Assembly: GCF_003334255.1 (NCBI RefSeq)
Contig: NZ_QOWU01000052.1
From: Escherichia coli
GTDB taxonomy: Bacteria > Pseudomonadota > Gammaproteobacteria > Enterobacterales > Enterobacteriaceae
DNA: 41,323 nt
Reading direction: 5' to 3' (one strand)
In this document: positions 10,593 through 34,014 of the stretch, one piece after another
How positions within the stretch are numbered: position 1 is the first letter of the stretch
How the letters are laid out: every line of letters begins with the position of its first letter
The notes under the pieces: model-generated
What the model was told of the DNA's origin: nothing
Seen by the model: the letters and a program-made list of their open reading frames with translations, nothing else
Database searches by the model: none
Made by a program: the position numbers and the translations under genes

Positions 10593-10656
10593 AAATACTC
10601 CAGGGGATGAACAAAAAGAGTACAGCTATTGTAGATAAGTGGGGATACTACGGGTA

Positions 10657-10686
10657 TAAAAAAACCCGCCGGGGCGGGTTTTTTTA
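10657..10686. terminator. Bidirectional rho-independent terminator downstream of rplQ (end of the alpha operon)
   Basis: aaaaaaa-cccgcc-gg-ggcggg-ttttttt: GC stem flanked by an A-run and a T-run. Confidence 0.8.
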
Positions 10687-10698
10687 CGTTGCTTCAGA

Positions 10699-11106
<408 letters not shown>

Positions 11107-11122
11107 TTAACCTGTGATCCGG

Positions 11123-12112
11123 TTACTCGTCAGCGATGCTTGCCGGTGGCCAGTTTTCCAGGCGCATGCCCAGAGACAGTCCACGGGAAGCCAGCACGTC
11201 TTTAATCTCAGTAAGAGATTTTTTACCAAGGTTAGGCGTTTTAAGGAGCTCAACCTCGGTACGCTGTACCAGATCACCGATATAGTGGATAGCTTCTGCT
11301 TTAAGGCAGTTAGCAGAGCGGACAGTCAATTCCAGATCGTCAACAGGGCGCAGCAGGATCGGATCGAACTCTGGTTTCTCTTCTTTCACTTCAGGCTGAC
11401 GTACATCACGTAAGTCAACGAAAGCTTCCAGTTGTTCAGCCAGAATGGTTGCCGCACGACGAATCGCCTCTTCAGGATCGATTGTGCCGTTGGTTTCCAT
11501 TTCGATGACCAGCTTGTCCAGGTCGGTACGCTGTTCTACACGCGCTGCTTCAACATTGTAGGCAATACGCTCCACAGGGCTGTAGCATGCGTCGACCAGC
11601 AGACGGCCGATTGGGCGCTCATCTTCTTCCGAATGAATTCGGGTAGAAGCCGGCACATAACCACGACCGCGCTGAACTTTGATACGCATGCTAATAGACG
11701 CGTTCTCATCGGTCAGGTGGCAGATCACGTGCTGCGGCTTGACGATTTCGACATCACCGTCGTGGGTGATATCGGCTGCAGTCACAGGGCCAATGCCAGA
11801 TTTATTCAAGGTAAGAATAACTTCATCTTTGCCCTGAACTCTCACCGCCAGCCCTTTCAGGTTGAGCAGGATTTCCAGGATATCTTCCTGAACGCCTTCT
11901 TTGGTGCTGTACTCATGTAGTACACCATCAATCTCAACCTCGGTCACCGCGCAACCCGGCATCGATGAGAGCAGAATACGGCGCAGTGCGTTACCCAGAG
12001 TATGGCCAAAGCCACGCTCTAAAGGCTCAAGGGTCACCTTGGCGTGCGTCGAACTCACTTGCTCGATATCAACCAGGCGCGGTTTTAGAAACTCTGTCAC
12101 AGAACCCTGCAT
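11123..12112 (-). CDS. rpoA: DNA-directed RNA polymerase alpha subunit (329 aa)
   Basis: Translation [53 protein letters not shown]... Confidence 0.99.
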
Positions 12113-12137
12113 TGTGTCCTCTCTTTGGTACTAAGCT

Positions 12138-13184
<1,047 letters not shown>

Positions 13185-13197
13185 TCAATCACCCCGA

Positions 13198-13563
<366 letters not shown>

Positions 13564-13653
13564 CTACTATTTAATATGTACGTTCCATGCTGAAAAGCCC
13601 GTTTTCAGGATACTCAAATGGAAACGCACAGACATACAAAAGATTGGCTGGCT

Positions 13654-13682
13654 AATCTAGCCAGCTCAACCCAACTTTGCAA
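13654..13682 (-). promoter_or_regulatory. Candidate alpha-operon promoter (minus strand -35 TTGCAA at 13677-13682, 17-bp spacer, -10 TAGATT at 13654-13659); the leader 13555-13653 carries the S4 autoregulatory target
   Basis: Hexamers and spacing read directly from the sequence; S4 translational repression of the alpha operon at the rpsM leader is established knowledge. Confidence 0.5.
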
Positions 13683-13700
13683 GAAAAATATGCGAAAAAA

Positions 13701-15180
<1,480 letters not shown>

Positions 15181-15187
15181 CTGCTAC

Positions 15188-16321
<1,134 letters not shown>

Positions 16322-16326
16322 CTACC

Positions 16327-17634
<1,308 letters not shown>

Positions 17635-17661
17635 TTACTCCCGTGATTCAATTGGTGACAA

Positions 17662-17970
<309 letters not shown>

Positions 17971-17981
17971 GTAACCCTACC

Positions 17982-19244
<1,263 letters not shown>

Positions 19245-19289
19245 CTAATGTCAACTACTACTGAGACCCGAAAATCAGGTCGTTAAAAA

Positions 19290-19340
19290 TCCCCATATCG
19301 AGGGCGCGGCATTATAACACCGCTTCAAGGATATGGGTAG
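19290..19340 (-). promoter_or_regulatory. spc operon promoter region (minus strand -10 TATAAT at 19311-19316 with GC-rich discriminator GCCGCGCC; -35 not confidently assigned)
   Basis: Reverse complement reads ...cttgaagcggtgtTATAATgccgcgccc...; lies between the S10-operon terminator and rplN; exact -35 could not be fixed by eye. Confidence 0.45.
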
Positions 19341-19371
19341 AAAAAATAAACGGCTCATTTCTGAGCCGTTT
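19341..19371 (-). terminator. Rho-independent terminator at the end of the S10 operon (downstream of rpsQ)
   Basis: Plus strand aaaaaat-aaacggctca-tttc-tgagccgttt; on the minus strand this is a 10-bp stem followed by a U-run. Confidence 0.75.
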
Positions 19372-19396
19372 ATTCGTATTGAGAGAGTGTACTGTA

Positions 19397-21325
<1,929 letters not shown>

Positions 21326-21330
21326 CTACC

Positions 21331-21612
<282 letters not shown>

Positions 21613-21625
21613 TTATCCTCTAAAA

Positions 21626-24021
<2,396 letters not shown>

Positions 24022-24041
24022 TCAATCGCTCAATGACCTGA

Positions 24042-24530
<489 letters not shown>

Positions 24531-24558
24531 ATTATACATACTTAACCACCGAACGCAA
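24531..24558 (-). promoter_or_regulatory. S10 operon promoter (minus strand -35 TTGCGT at 24553-24558, 16-bp spacer, -10 TATAAT at 24531-24536, discriminator GCGCGGG)
   Basis: Reverse complement reads TTGCGTtcggtggttaagtatgTATAATgcgcggg. Confidence 0.55.
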
Positions 24559-24590
24559 GCGTATTGCTAGTAAAGTAAACAGCCTTCGGG

Positions 24591-25010
24591 TTATCTCTCA
24601 AGTTCGTTCAGTGCATTTTTGACACGCTCTCTTAAACCGGCTTTCTCTTCGCTTTCTTCCACAGTATTTTCTTCGTCTTCAGAAGAAGAGGGGGCATTCT
24701 CAACCGCGACGCCTGGGTCATCTTCCTCCTCGACGGATTCGACGACGGGGAGTGGCTGTTTTTTGAAGAAATAGTGTTGTGTTGATTGTTTAAAAGCGGG
24801 CGTTTCAGCCTCTACAGTGACTTCGGCTTTTACTATCCAAAGCACCCATAGCTGCCTGGCATACCCACCAACCAGCACCATTCCTGCAAACCACAGGCAA
24901 ATCAGTAATAAACAAATTACATATATTATGGTGCTGTGTTTTTGTCGGGAGAAGATACCAGGGTGACCTGTTTCTTTCTGCTCACGCGCGGCGATATAGA
25001 ATTCAAACAT
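24591..25010 (-). CDS. gspB: GspB, T2SS accessory protein (139 aa) with a single TM segment and acidic C-terminal region
   Basis: Translation MFEFYIAAREQKETGHPGIFSRQKHSTIIYVICLLLICLWFAGMVLVGG...; directly downstream of gspA. Confidence 0.85.
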   Translation of the reverse strand: MFEFYIAAREQKETGHPGIFSRQKHSTIIYVICLLLICLWFAGMVLVGGYARQLWVLWIVKAEVTVEAETPAFKQSTQHYFFKKQPLPVVESVEEEDDPGVAVENAPSSSEDEENTVEESEEKAGLRERVKNALNELER

Positions 25011-25011
25011 G

Positions 25012-26481
25012 TCATTTCCCCTTCACTGTTGTTTCCGGGGAAATATTTGCTTCATCCCGATATAAGTAGGCACTCTCCCCTGCCACCTGCCAGAGATGTA
25101 CTAACGTTGAAAAGCCAACAACACCGTCAGTTTTCAAGTGGTGGCTTTTTTGAAATTGCTTTATTTTTTCTACCAACAAGGGACGCCACTCCGCCGAAGG
25201 TTCTGTCGAAATATGCAATGCGCGGTTTAACATCGTTTCCAGCCAGAGAATCTCTTCCTCGCTGCTATCACGCGTAATGGTACTCTCCCCTTCCGGCGAC
25301 ATTTTCCACAACAGAAGATAATCACCCGTCCATACCGACTCAAACCATTTATGTGTCAGCGTCCACGTTTGCTGACCTACGAGGACATCAACGCTAGCCT
25401 CACCGACGCGAACGACCACAACAGGCAATTTTTTGTCCCCGACTTTAAGCGATGCGATCCAGGGCAAATTCTGATCTACCAATGTTTGTAAAGAAGCATT
25501 CCCACTTTTACATGCCAGCCCCGCTCTTACTGCCTGATCGCACCAGGCCGAATCAGCTGGGACCTCGTACCCCCATACGCCGTATAACACGCTTAGCGCC
25601 TCACTATCGCGCATCACCACATGAGCAATATCCTTAGTCATATCTTGTTTAACTACTGGCGTTACGGGTATCAGCCACGCAGGAACGGGTAACGTAGCTG
25701 TAAAAGAGGACAGCAGTAGCCAACCACAGGTAAGAGCGATAATGGTTCCACTCATCACCACGGCAAGCTGCATTTTCCGGGGGCGGTTATCACCCAATAT
25801 GCGGTAAATCATTCGCCATTGTTTTGCTGTGAAAACGCTGGTCTGCTCGGCTTGCTGTAATAAGCGAATTGTTTCGCCGGCAAGCGCCAGCTTTCTGCGA
25901 TCGCCCCGACATAATAAAGCTATCCGTTTCAGAACTCTGGCGGTTAAAAGGAGATCGGGTTGGTCAATATTCTGACCTTCAAGGATGCTTGCCTTAAGTT
26001 CGTGCTCCGTCAGACGTCCTATCGAGACAAGTTCAATGCCCTGTTTTTTAAAATCACGTTCGACTTTTCGATCGGGTCTGCCGATCAGCAAAAATTGACC
26101 GTCAGGAATAAGAGATATTGCGCGTTGGAGATCATCAAGTATGCGGCGGTGATTCAGGTGAGCATTTTCAATAATAATAAGAGGGCAGCGACTATCAGTT
26201 CGATGAAGCGCATGCAGTAATTGCCCCGCCATCTCATCTCGCGTCCAGGCGCTGTCACGGCAGCCCTGTTCAGCCGCGTTATCGTCGGTAACGATCCATG
26301 CGGCCTTACCTTGCCAGGAAACAACGAGGCTTAAAGTAATCACACGGCGATGTTTATCTTTTTGCAGTTGCTGCGCCAGCCAGGTTTTTCCACTTCCAGC
26401 CTCACCCAACAAATAGCATAGACGCCAGGTTTGACGTTTCTCACACAACCAGGAAAGAATAACTTCTCTTCTCGTAGACAT
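25012..26481 (-). CDS. gspA: GspA, T2SS-associated AAA+ ATPase-like inner-membrane protein (489 aa)
   Basis: Walker A motif GEAGSGKTW near the N-terminus; a C-terminal region that in this family is a peptidoglycan-binding domain; divergent from gspC. Confidence 0.9.
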   Translation of the reverse strand: MSTRREVILSWLCEKRQTWRLCYLLGEAGSGKTWLAQQLQKDKHRRVITLSLVVSWQGKAAWIVTDDNAAEQGCRDSAWTRDEMAGQLLHALHRTDSRCPLIIIENAHLNHRRILDDLQRAISLIPDGQFLLIGRPDRKVERDFKKQGIELVSIGRLTEHELKASILEGQNIDQPDLLLTARVLKRIALLCRGDRRKLALAGETIRLLQQAEQTSVFTAKQWRMIYRILGDNRPRKMQLAVVMSGTIIALTCGWLLLSSFTATLPVPAWLIPVTPVVKQDMTKDIAHVVMRDSEALSVLYGVWGYEVPADSAWCDQAVRAGLACKSGNASLQTLVDQNLPWIASLKVGDKKLPVVVVRVGEASVDVLVGQQTWTLTHKWFESVWTGDYLLLWKMSPEGESTITRDSSEEEILWLETMLNRALHISTEPSAEWRPLLVEKIKQFQKSHHLKTDGVVGFSTLVHLWQVAGESAYLYRDEANISPETTVKGK

Positions 26482-26660
26482 AGAACTTCCTGTTTTAATT
26501 ATTGATTATCCTTAATCATAAAAATAATGTATGTATTTATTAATTAAATACATATTACTAATATGAATAAATTTTGCTTGATTCATGCAAGCGGCATTAA
26601 TACTATTTATACTAACGTCAATATACAACCCACCCAATCTATTTTATTAGAACATACATC
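26482..26660. promoter_or_regulatory. Extremely AT-rich divergent control region between gspA and gspC (probable H-NS-silenced promoters)
   Basis: 179 bp dominated by A/T runs (taattattgattatccttaatcataaaaataatgtatgtatttattaattaaatacatattactaatatgaataaatttt); H-NS silencing of the gsp locus is established knowledge. Confidence 0.6.
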
Positions 26661-27476
26661 GTGCCCACACTACGTTTCCCCTTCCATCTGGCGAATCATA
26701 ATAAAGATGCTGCCATCAATATATTGATTATATTTATAAGCATAGGGTCGATTATTTTTAATGTGAATTATTTCCATACAACTATAGTTAAAAATGGACA
26801 GATCATTAATCAACCAACAAACGCATTTCAGTCTGATTTCAGCCTTGCCGCTTTATGGCGTAACGAAAATCATGCTGGGGTAAAAGATGCAAATCCCGTG
26901 GCAGTTAATCAGGAAACACCTAAGCTCTCTATAGCGCTTAATGGCATTGTACTCACATCGAATGATGAGACTTCTTTTGTCTTAATTAATGAGGGGAGCG
27001 AACAAAAGCGATACTCCCTCAACGAAGCCCTTGAGTCAGCGCCGGGAACGTTTATTAGAAAAATAAATAAAACCAGCGTTGTGTTTGAAACTCACGGGCA
27101 TTACGAAAAAGTAACTCTCCATCCAGGGCTACCTGACATCATCAAGCAGCCTGATTCAGAAAGTCAAAATGTACTCGCTGATTATATTATCGCCACGCCT
27201 ATACGTGATGGAGAACAGATATACGGGCTTCGATTGAACCCTCGTAAGGGCCTCAATGCATTTACCACCAGCTTGCTACAACCAGGGGATATCGCCCTCA
27301 GGATCAATAATCTTTCGCTGACCCACCCTGATGAGGTTTCACAGGCATTAAGTTTACTGCTAACTCAACAAAGTGCTCAGTTTACAATTCGTCGCAACGG
27401 CGTACCCCGCTTGATAAATGTTTCCGTCGGGGAACTTACAGGAATGAATGGACTGCGTCATGAAAGGACTCAATAA
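26661..27476 (+). CDS. gspC: T2SS inner-membrane protein GspC (271 aa, GTG start)
   Basis: [41 protein letters not shown]... with one N-terminal TM segment, first gene of the gspC-O operon; the exact start is uncertain. Confidence 0.8.
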
Positions 27477-29412
27477 AATCACCTGCTGCTTGCTGGCAGC
27501 ACTACTCATGCCTTGTGCAGGACACGCTGAGAACGAACAATACGGCGCGAACTTCAATAACGCCGATATCCGCCAGTTCGTGGAAATAGTGGGTCAGCAT
27601 CTTGGCAAAACGATCCTGATCGACCCTTCGGTACAGGGAACCATTTCCGTACGCAGTAATGATACGTTTAGCCAACAGGAGTACTACCAGTTCTTTTTAA
27701 GTATTCTTGATCTTTACGGTTATTCCGTGATCACGCTGGACAATGGTTTTCTGAAAGTGGTTCGCTCAGCTAATGTAAAAACATCGCCAGGGATGATTGC
27801 TGACAGTTCTCGTCCAGGCGTAGGTGATGAGTTGGTCACCCGAATTGTACCGCTTGAGAACGTTCCTGCTCGTGACCTGGCCCCCCTGCTCCGCCAGATG
27901 ATGGATGCGGGTAGCGTCGGTAATGTTGTGCATTATGAACCCTCCAACGTTCTTATTCTGACCGGTCGTGCCTCCACCATTAATAAACTGATTGAAGTCA
28001 TAAAGCGCGTTGATGTCATCGGCACAGAGAAGCAGCAAATTATTCATCTGGAATATGCGTCAGCGGAAGATCTCGCCGAGATTCTTAATCAATTAATCAG
28101 CGAAAGCCACGGTAAAAGCCAGATGCCAGCCCTCCTCTCCGCGAAGATTGTGGCGGATAAGCGAACCAACTCTCTTATCATCAGTGGACCGGAAAAAGCA
28201 CGCCAGCGCATCACTTCATTACTGAAAAGCCTTGATGTCGAAGAGAGCGAGGAAGGAAATACCCGGGTTTATTACCTGAAATATGCTAAAGCCACGAATC
28301 TGGTGGAAGTGCTAACCGGTGTTTCCGAAAAGCTGAAAGATGAAAAAGGGAATGCGCGTAAGCCCTCCTCTTCTGGCGCGATGGATAACGTCGCCATTAC
28401 CGCCGATGAACAGACTAACTCTCTGGTCATTACCGCTGACCAGTCCGTCCAGGAAAAACTCGCCACGGTAATTGCGCGTCTGGACATTCGCCGTGCACAG
28501 GTGCTGGTTGAGGCAATCATCGTTGAAGTTCAGGATGGAAATGGACTAAACCTCGGCGTGCAATGGGCGAATAAAAACGTTGGCGCACAGCAATTTACCA
28601 ATACCGGATTACCGATTTTTAACGCTGCGCAAGGTGTGGCTGATTATAAAAAGAATGGTGGGATCACCAGCGCGAATCCTGCCTGGGATATGTTTAGCGC
28701 CTACAATGGCATGGCCGCAGGCTTCTTCAATGGCGACTGGGGAGTACTGCTTACCGCGCTGGCCAGTAACAATAAAAATGACATCCTCGCCACCCCAAGC
28801 ATCGTAACGCTGGATAATAAACTCGCGTCCTTCAACGTGGGGCAGGATGTGCCGGTGCTATCCGGGTCACAGACCACTTCAGGGGATAACGTCTTTAATA
28901 CCGTCGAACGCAAAACGGTGGGGACAAAACTCAAAGTTACTCCGCAGGTCAATGAAGGCGACGCGGTGTTGCTCGAAATAGAGCAGGAAGTCTCCAGCGT
29001 TGACTCTTCCTCTAACTCGACGCTCGGCCCGACGTTTAATACCCGTACTATTCAAAACGCCGTGCTGGTCAAAACCGGTGAAACGGTGGTCCTGGGCGGA
29101 TTGCTGGATGATTTTTCTAAAGAGCAAGTGTCAAAGGTTCCTCTGCTTGGCGATATTCCTTTAGTGGGGCAACTCTTCCGCTATACCTCCACCGAGCGCG
29201 CTAAACGCAACCTGATGGTATTTATCCGTCCGACGATTATCCGTGACGATGATGTTTATCGCTCACTGTCAAAAGAGAAATACACCCGTTACCGTCAGGA
29301 GCAACAACAGCGGATCGACGGGAAATCAAAAGCGCTGGTTGGCTCGGAAGATTTGCCGGTGCTGGATGAAAACACGTTCAACAGTCACGCCCCTGCGCCA
29401 TCGTCACGGTGA
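27460..29412 (+). CDS. gspD: T2SS secretin GspD (650 aa)
   Basis: Signal peptide [24 protein letters not shown]-domains and C-terminal secretin core ([35 protein letters not shown]); start at 27460 inside ORF 27448..29412, overlapping the gspC end by 17 bp. Confidence 0.93.
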
Positions 29413-29421
29413 GGCATTCAT

Positions 29422-30903
29422 ATGAGAATTCACTCACCGTACCCCGCCAGTTGGGCGCTGGCACAACGAATTGGTTATCTCTATTCAGAGGGCGAGATTA
29501 TTTATCTCGCCGATACGCCATTCGAGCGGTTACTCGATATTCAACGTCAGGTTGGCCAGTGCCAGACCATGACCAGCTTGTCACAGGCTGATTTTGAAGC
29601 TCGGCTGGAAGCGGTATTCCATCAGAATACCGGTGAGTCGCAACAGATTGCGCAGGATATCGATCAATCCGTCGATCTTCTCTCGCTTTCGGAAGAGATG
29701 CCCGCAAATGAAGATCTCCTGAATGAAGATTCAGCGGCACCGGTTATCCGCTTGATCAATGCGATTTTGAGTGAGGCCATCAAAGAAACCGCCTCTGATA
29801 TCCACATTGAAACCTATGAAAAAACAATGTCGATCCGTTTTCGCATCGACGGCGTTTTGCGGACAATTTTACAGCCAAACAAAAAACTGGCGGCACTGCT
29901 TATCTCCCGAATTAAGGTCATGGCTCGTCTTGATATCGCCGAAAAACGTATTCCACAGGATGGAAGAATTAGTTTGCGTATCGGGCGACGTAACATAGAT
30001 GTCCGCGTATCCACACTGCCGTCCATCTATGGTGAACGCGCCGTACTCCGCCTGCTGGATAAAAACAGCCTCCAGCTTTCATTGAACAACCTGGGGATGA
30101 CGGCAGCGGATAAGCAGGATTTAGAAAATCTCATTCAGCTTCCGCACGGTATTATCCTGGTGACAGGGCCGACAGGCTCCGGTAAAAGCACCACGCTCTA
30201 CGCCATCCTTTCGGCGCTGAATACTCCCGGCCGCAATATTCTGACGGTAGAAGATCCCGTGGAATATGAGCTGGAAGGCATTGGGCAAACGCAGGTGAAT
30301 ACCCGTGTGGATATGTCTTTCGCTCGCGGCCTGCGCGCCATACTTCGCCAGGACCCGGATGTCGTCATGGTGGGGGAAATTCGTGATACAGAAACCGCGC
30401 AGATTGCGGTTCAGGCCTCGCTCACCGGCCATCTGGTACTCTCAACACTCCACACTAACAGTGCATCAGGCGCAGTGACCCGGCTCCGCGACATGGGCGT
30501 CGAATCATTCCTGCTTTCGTCTTCCCTGGCAGGGATTATCGCGCAACGTCTGGTTCGTCGCCTGTGTCCGCAATGCCGACAATTCACGCCCGTATCACCC
30601 CAACAAGCGCAGATGTTTAAATATCATCAGCTCGCGGTGACAACAATTGGCACTCCCGTAGGCTGCCCTCATTGCCATCAATCCGGCTATCAGGGGCGCA
30701 TGGCGATCCACGAAATGATGGTGGTGACGCCGGAATTACGGGCCGCTATTCATGAAAATGTGGATGAACAAGCACTGGAGCGACTAGTCCGGCAACAACA
30801 CAAGGCCTTAATCAAAAATGGCCTGCAAAAAGTGATAAGCGGTGACACCTCCTGGGATGAGGTTATGCGCGTCGCCAGTGCCACGCTGGAGAGCGAAGCA
30901 TGA
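29422..30903 (+). CDS. gspE: T2SS assembly ATPase GspE (493 aa)
   Basis: Walker [10 protein letters not shown], Walker B/His box region, and C-terminal tetracysteine zinc motif (CPQC...CPHC). Confidence 0.97.
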   Translation: MRIHSPYPASWALAQRIGYLYSEGEIIYLADTPFERLLDIQRQVGQCQTMTSLSQADFEARLEAVFHQNTGESQQIAQDIDQSVDLLSLSEEMPANEDLLNEDSAAPVIRLINAILSEAIKETASDIHIETYEKTMSIRFRIDGVLRTILQPNKKLAALLISRIKVMARLDIAEKRIPQDGRISLRIGRRNIDVRVSTLPSIYGERAVLRLLDKNSLQLSLNNLGMTAADKQDLENLIQLPHGIILVTGPTGSGKSTTLYAILSALNTPGRNILTVEDPVEYELEGIGQTQVNTRVDMSFARGLRAILRQDPDVVMVGEIRDTETAQIAVQASLTGHLVLSTLHTNSASGAVTRLRDMGVESFLLSSSLAGIIAQRLVRRLCPQCRQFTPVSPQQAQMFKYHQLAVTTIGTPVGCPHCHQSGYQGRMAIHEMMVVTPELRAAIHENVDEQALERLVRQQHKALIKNGLQKVISGDTSWDEVMRVASATLESEA

Positions 30904-32096
30904 ATTATCGCTATCGCGCCATGACCCAGGATGGTCAAAAATTGCAAGGGATCATTGATGCTAACGATGAACGTCAGGCACGACTGCGGCTGCGTGAAGA
31001 AGGGCTTTTCCTGCTGGATATTCGCCCCCAAAAAAGTTCGGGAGTAAAAACACGTCGCCCGAGGATCAGCCATAGTGAACTGACGCTTTTCACCCGGCAG
31101 TTGGCAACCTTAAGCGCAGCGGCATTACCCCTGGAAGAGAGCCTTGCCGTAATCGGTCAACAAAGCAGTAATAAACGACTGGGTGACGTGTTAAATCAGG
31201 TACGCAGCGCCATCCTTGAAGGGCATCCCCTTTCCGATGCATTACAGCATTTTCCCACGCTTTTCGATTCGCTCTATCGTACCCTGGTAAAAGCGGGCGA
31301 AAAGAGCGGGCTGCTGGCCCCGGTGTTGGAAAAGCTGGCTGATTACAATGAAAACCGGCAGAAAATCCGCAGCAAGCTCATTCAGTCACTGATCTACCCC
31401 TGTATGCTCACTACGGTGGCGATTGGGGTCGTGATTATTCTCCTCACTGCTGTCGTGCCCAAAATTACCGAACAGTTCGTGCATATGAAGCAGCAACTGC
31501 CGCTGAGTACACGCATTCTTTTAGGTCTGAGCGACACGTTGCAACGTACCGGCCCGACATTATTAGCGACAGTGTTTATTGTCGCTGTAGGTTTCTGGCT
31601 CTGGTTAAAACGCGGCAATAACCGCCACCGTTTTCATGCCATGTTGCTGCGCGTTGCGCTCATCGGCCCGCTGATTTGCGCCATTAACAGCGCACGCTAT
31701 CTCCGCACTTTAAGTATTTTGCAATCCAGCGGCGTCCCTCTGCTGGATGGGATGAATTTGTCCACCGAAAGCCTCAACAACCTCGAAATTCGCCAGCGTC
31801 TGGCAAATGCGGCAGAGAACGTTCGCCAGGGTAACAGCATTCATCTTTCGCTGGAACAAACCGCAATTTTCCCGCCGATGATGCTCTACATGGTGGCCTC
31901 TGGCGAAAAAAGCGGGCAGCTCGGCACATTAATGGTCAGAGCCGCAGATAACCAGGAGACACTCCAACAAAATCGGATCGCCTTAACGCTCTCCATCTTC
32001 GAGCCAGCACTCATTATTACGATGGCACTGATCGTCCTGTTTATTGTCGTGTCGGTACTCCAACCTCTTCTTCAACTTAACTCAATGATTAATTAA
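30900..32096 (+). CDS. gspF: T2SS inner-membrane platform protein GspF (398 aa)
   Basis: Translation [41 protein letters not shown]...; ATGA start/stop overlap with gspE. Confidence 0.96.
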
Positions 32097-32105
32097 GGAA
32101 AGCAT

Positions 32106-32543
32106 ATGCGCGCAACGGATAAGCAACGCGGTTTTACATTACTGGAAATTATGGTGGTGATCGTCATTATCGGCGTACTTGCCAGCCTGGTGGTTCCTAA
32201 CCTAATGGGCAATAAAGAAAAGGCGGATAAGCAAAAAGCCGTCAGCGATATTGTGGCGCTGGAAAACGCCCTTGATATGTACAAACTCGACAATCATCAC
32301 TATCCAACCACAAATCAGGGGCTTGAATCCTTAGTAGAAGCGCCGACACTGCCACCGCTGGCCGCAAACTATAACAAGGAAGGTTATATCAAGCGTCTGC
32401 CTGCCGATCCCTGGGGCAATGATTATGTCCTCGTTAATCCTGGTGAACATGGTGCATACGATCTGCTTTCAGCAGGGCCCGATGGTGAAATGGGAACCGA
32501 GGACGACATCACCAACTGGGGTTTGAGCAAGAAGAAAAAGTAA
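32106..32543 (+). CDS. gspG: T2SS major pseudopilin GspG (145 aa)
   Basis: Prepilin leader and cleavage motif ([20 protein letters not shown]). Confidence 0.97.
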   Translation: MRATDKQRGFTLLEIMVVIVIIGVLASLVVPNLMGNKEKADKQKAVSDIVALENALDMYKLDNHHYPTTNQGLESLVEAPTLPPLAANYNKEGYIKRLPADPWGNDYVLVNPGEHGAYDLLSAGPDGEMGTEDDITNWGLSKKKK

Positions 32544-32550
32544 GTCAGCG

Positions 32551-33060
32551 ATGAATCAGCAACGCGGGTTTACCCTGCTGGAGATGATGCTGGTGCTGGC
32601 GCTGGTCGCTATCACGGCAAGCGTGGTGCTCTTCACATATGGCCGGGAGGATGTCGCCAGCACTCGTGCGCGCGAAACAGCGGCGCGGTTTACCGCTGCA
32701 CTTGAATTAGCCATCGACCGCGCCACGCTCAGTGGTCAGCCTGTCGGTATCCATTTCTCTGATTCAGCATGGCGCATTATGGTACCGGGCAAAACACCAT
32801 CAGCCTGGCGCTGGGTTCCATTACAAGAAGATGCCGCAGACGAGAGCCAAAATGACTGGGATGAAGAACTCTCAATTCATCTTCAGCCATTTAAACCTGA
32901 TGACAGCAACCAGCCACAGGTTGTGATTCTGGCCGACGGACAAATCACGCCCTTCTCTTTGTTGATGGCTAACGCCGGGACCGGTGAGCCGCTCCTGACG
33001 TTAGTCTGTTCAGGCTCATGGCCCCTGGATCAAACGCTCGCCAGAGATACCCGCCCATGA
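32551..33060 (+). CDS. gspH: T2SS minor pseudopilin GspH (169 aa)
   Basis: Prepilin-type N-terminus [21 protein letters not shown]. Confidence 0.93.
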
Positions 33061-33434
33061 ACAAACAATCAGGGATGACACTGCTTGAAGTCTTACTGGC
33101 GATGAGTATTTTCACCGCTGTTGCTCTGACTTTAATGAGCAGTATGCAAGGGCAACGAAATGCCATCGAGCGAATGCGTAACGAGACGCTGGCATTGTGG
33201 ATAGCGGATAACCAGCTTCAGTCACAAGATTCATTCGGCGAGGAAAACACGTCCAGTTCTGGCAAAGAGTTAATAAATGGCGAAGAGTGGAACTGGCGCA
33301 GCGATATCCACTCAAGCAAAGACGGCACGCTTCTGGAACGCACCATAACGGTGACATTACCCAGCGGTCAGACAACCTCGCTTACGCGTTATCAAAGCAT
33401 CGATAATAAATCCGGGCAGGCACAAGATGATTAA
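33057..33434 (+). CDS. gspI: T2SS minor pseudopilin GspI (125 aa)
   Basis: Prepilin-type N-terminus [19 protein letters not shown]; start at the internal ATG of ORF 33018..33434, overlapping the gspH stop by 4 bp. Confidence 0.9.
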
Positions 33435-34014
33435 TCGCCAGCAGGGTTTCACATTGCTGGAGGTCATGGCGGCGCTGGCGATTTTCTCAATGCTTAGCGT
33501 GCTGGCGTTTATGATTTTTTCGCAAGCTTCCGAGTTGCATCAACGCTCACAGAAAGAAATCCAGCAGTTCAATCAGCTACAGCGCACCATCACCATTCTT
33601 GATAACGATCTCCTGCAACTGGTCGCCCGGAGGAATCGGAGTACGGACAAAATCATGGTGTTGGGTGAAGAAGCTATTTTTACCACGCAAAGTCGCGATC
33701 CGCTGGCTCCTCTCAGTGAAGCACAAACCTTACTCACTGTTCACTGGTATCTGCGAAATCATACGCTCTACCGTGCTGTTCGTACTTCTGTGGATGGCAG
33801 GAAGGATCAACCCGCCCAGGCGATGCTGGAACATGTCGAGAGCTTTCTTCTGGAAAGTAACAGCGGGGAAAGCCAGGAACTTCCTCTCTCAGTCACGTTA
33901 CATCTGCAGACTCAGCAATATGGGGGGTTACAGCGCCGTTTTGCATTACCTGAGCAGTTAGCGAGAGAAGAGTCGCCAGCTCAGACGCAGGCCGGGAATA
34001 ATAACCATGAATAA
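33427..34014 (+). CDS. gspJ: T2SS minor pseudopilin GspJ (195 aa)
   Basis: Prepilin-type N-terminus [20 protein letters not shown]. Confidence 0.93.
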
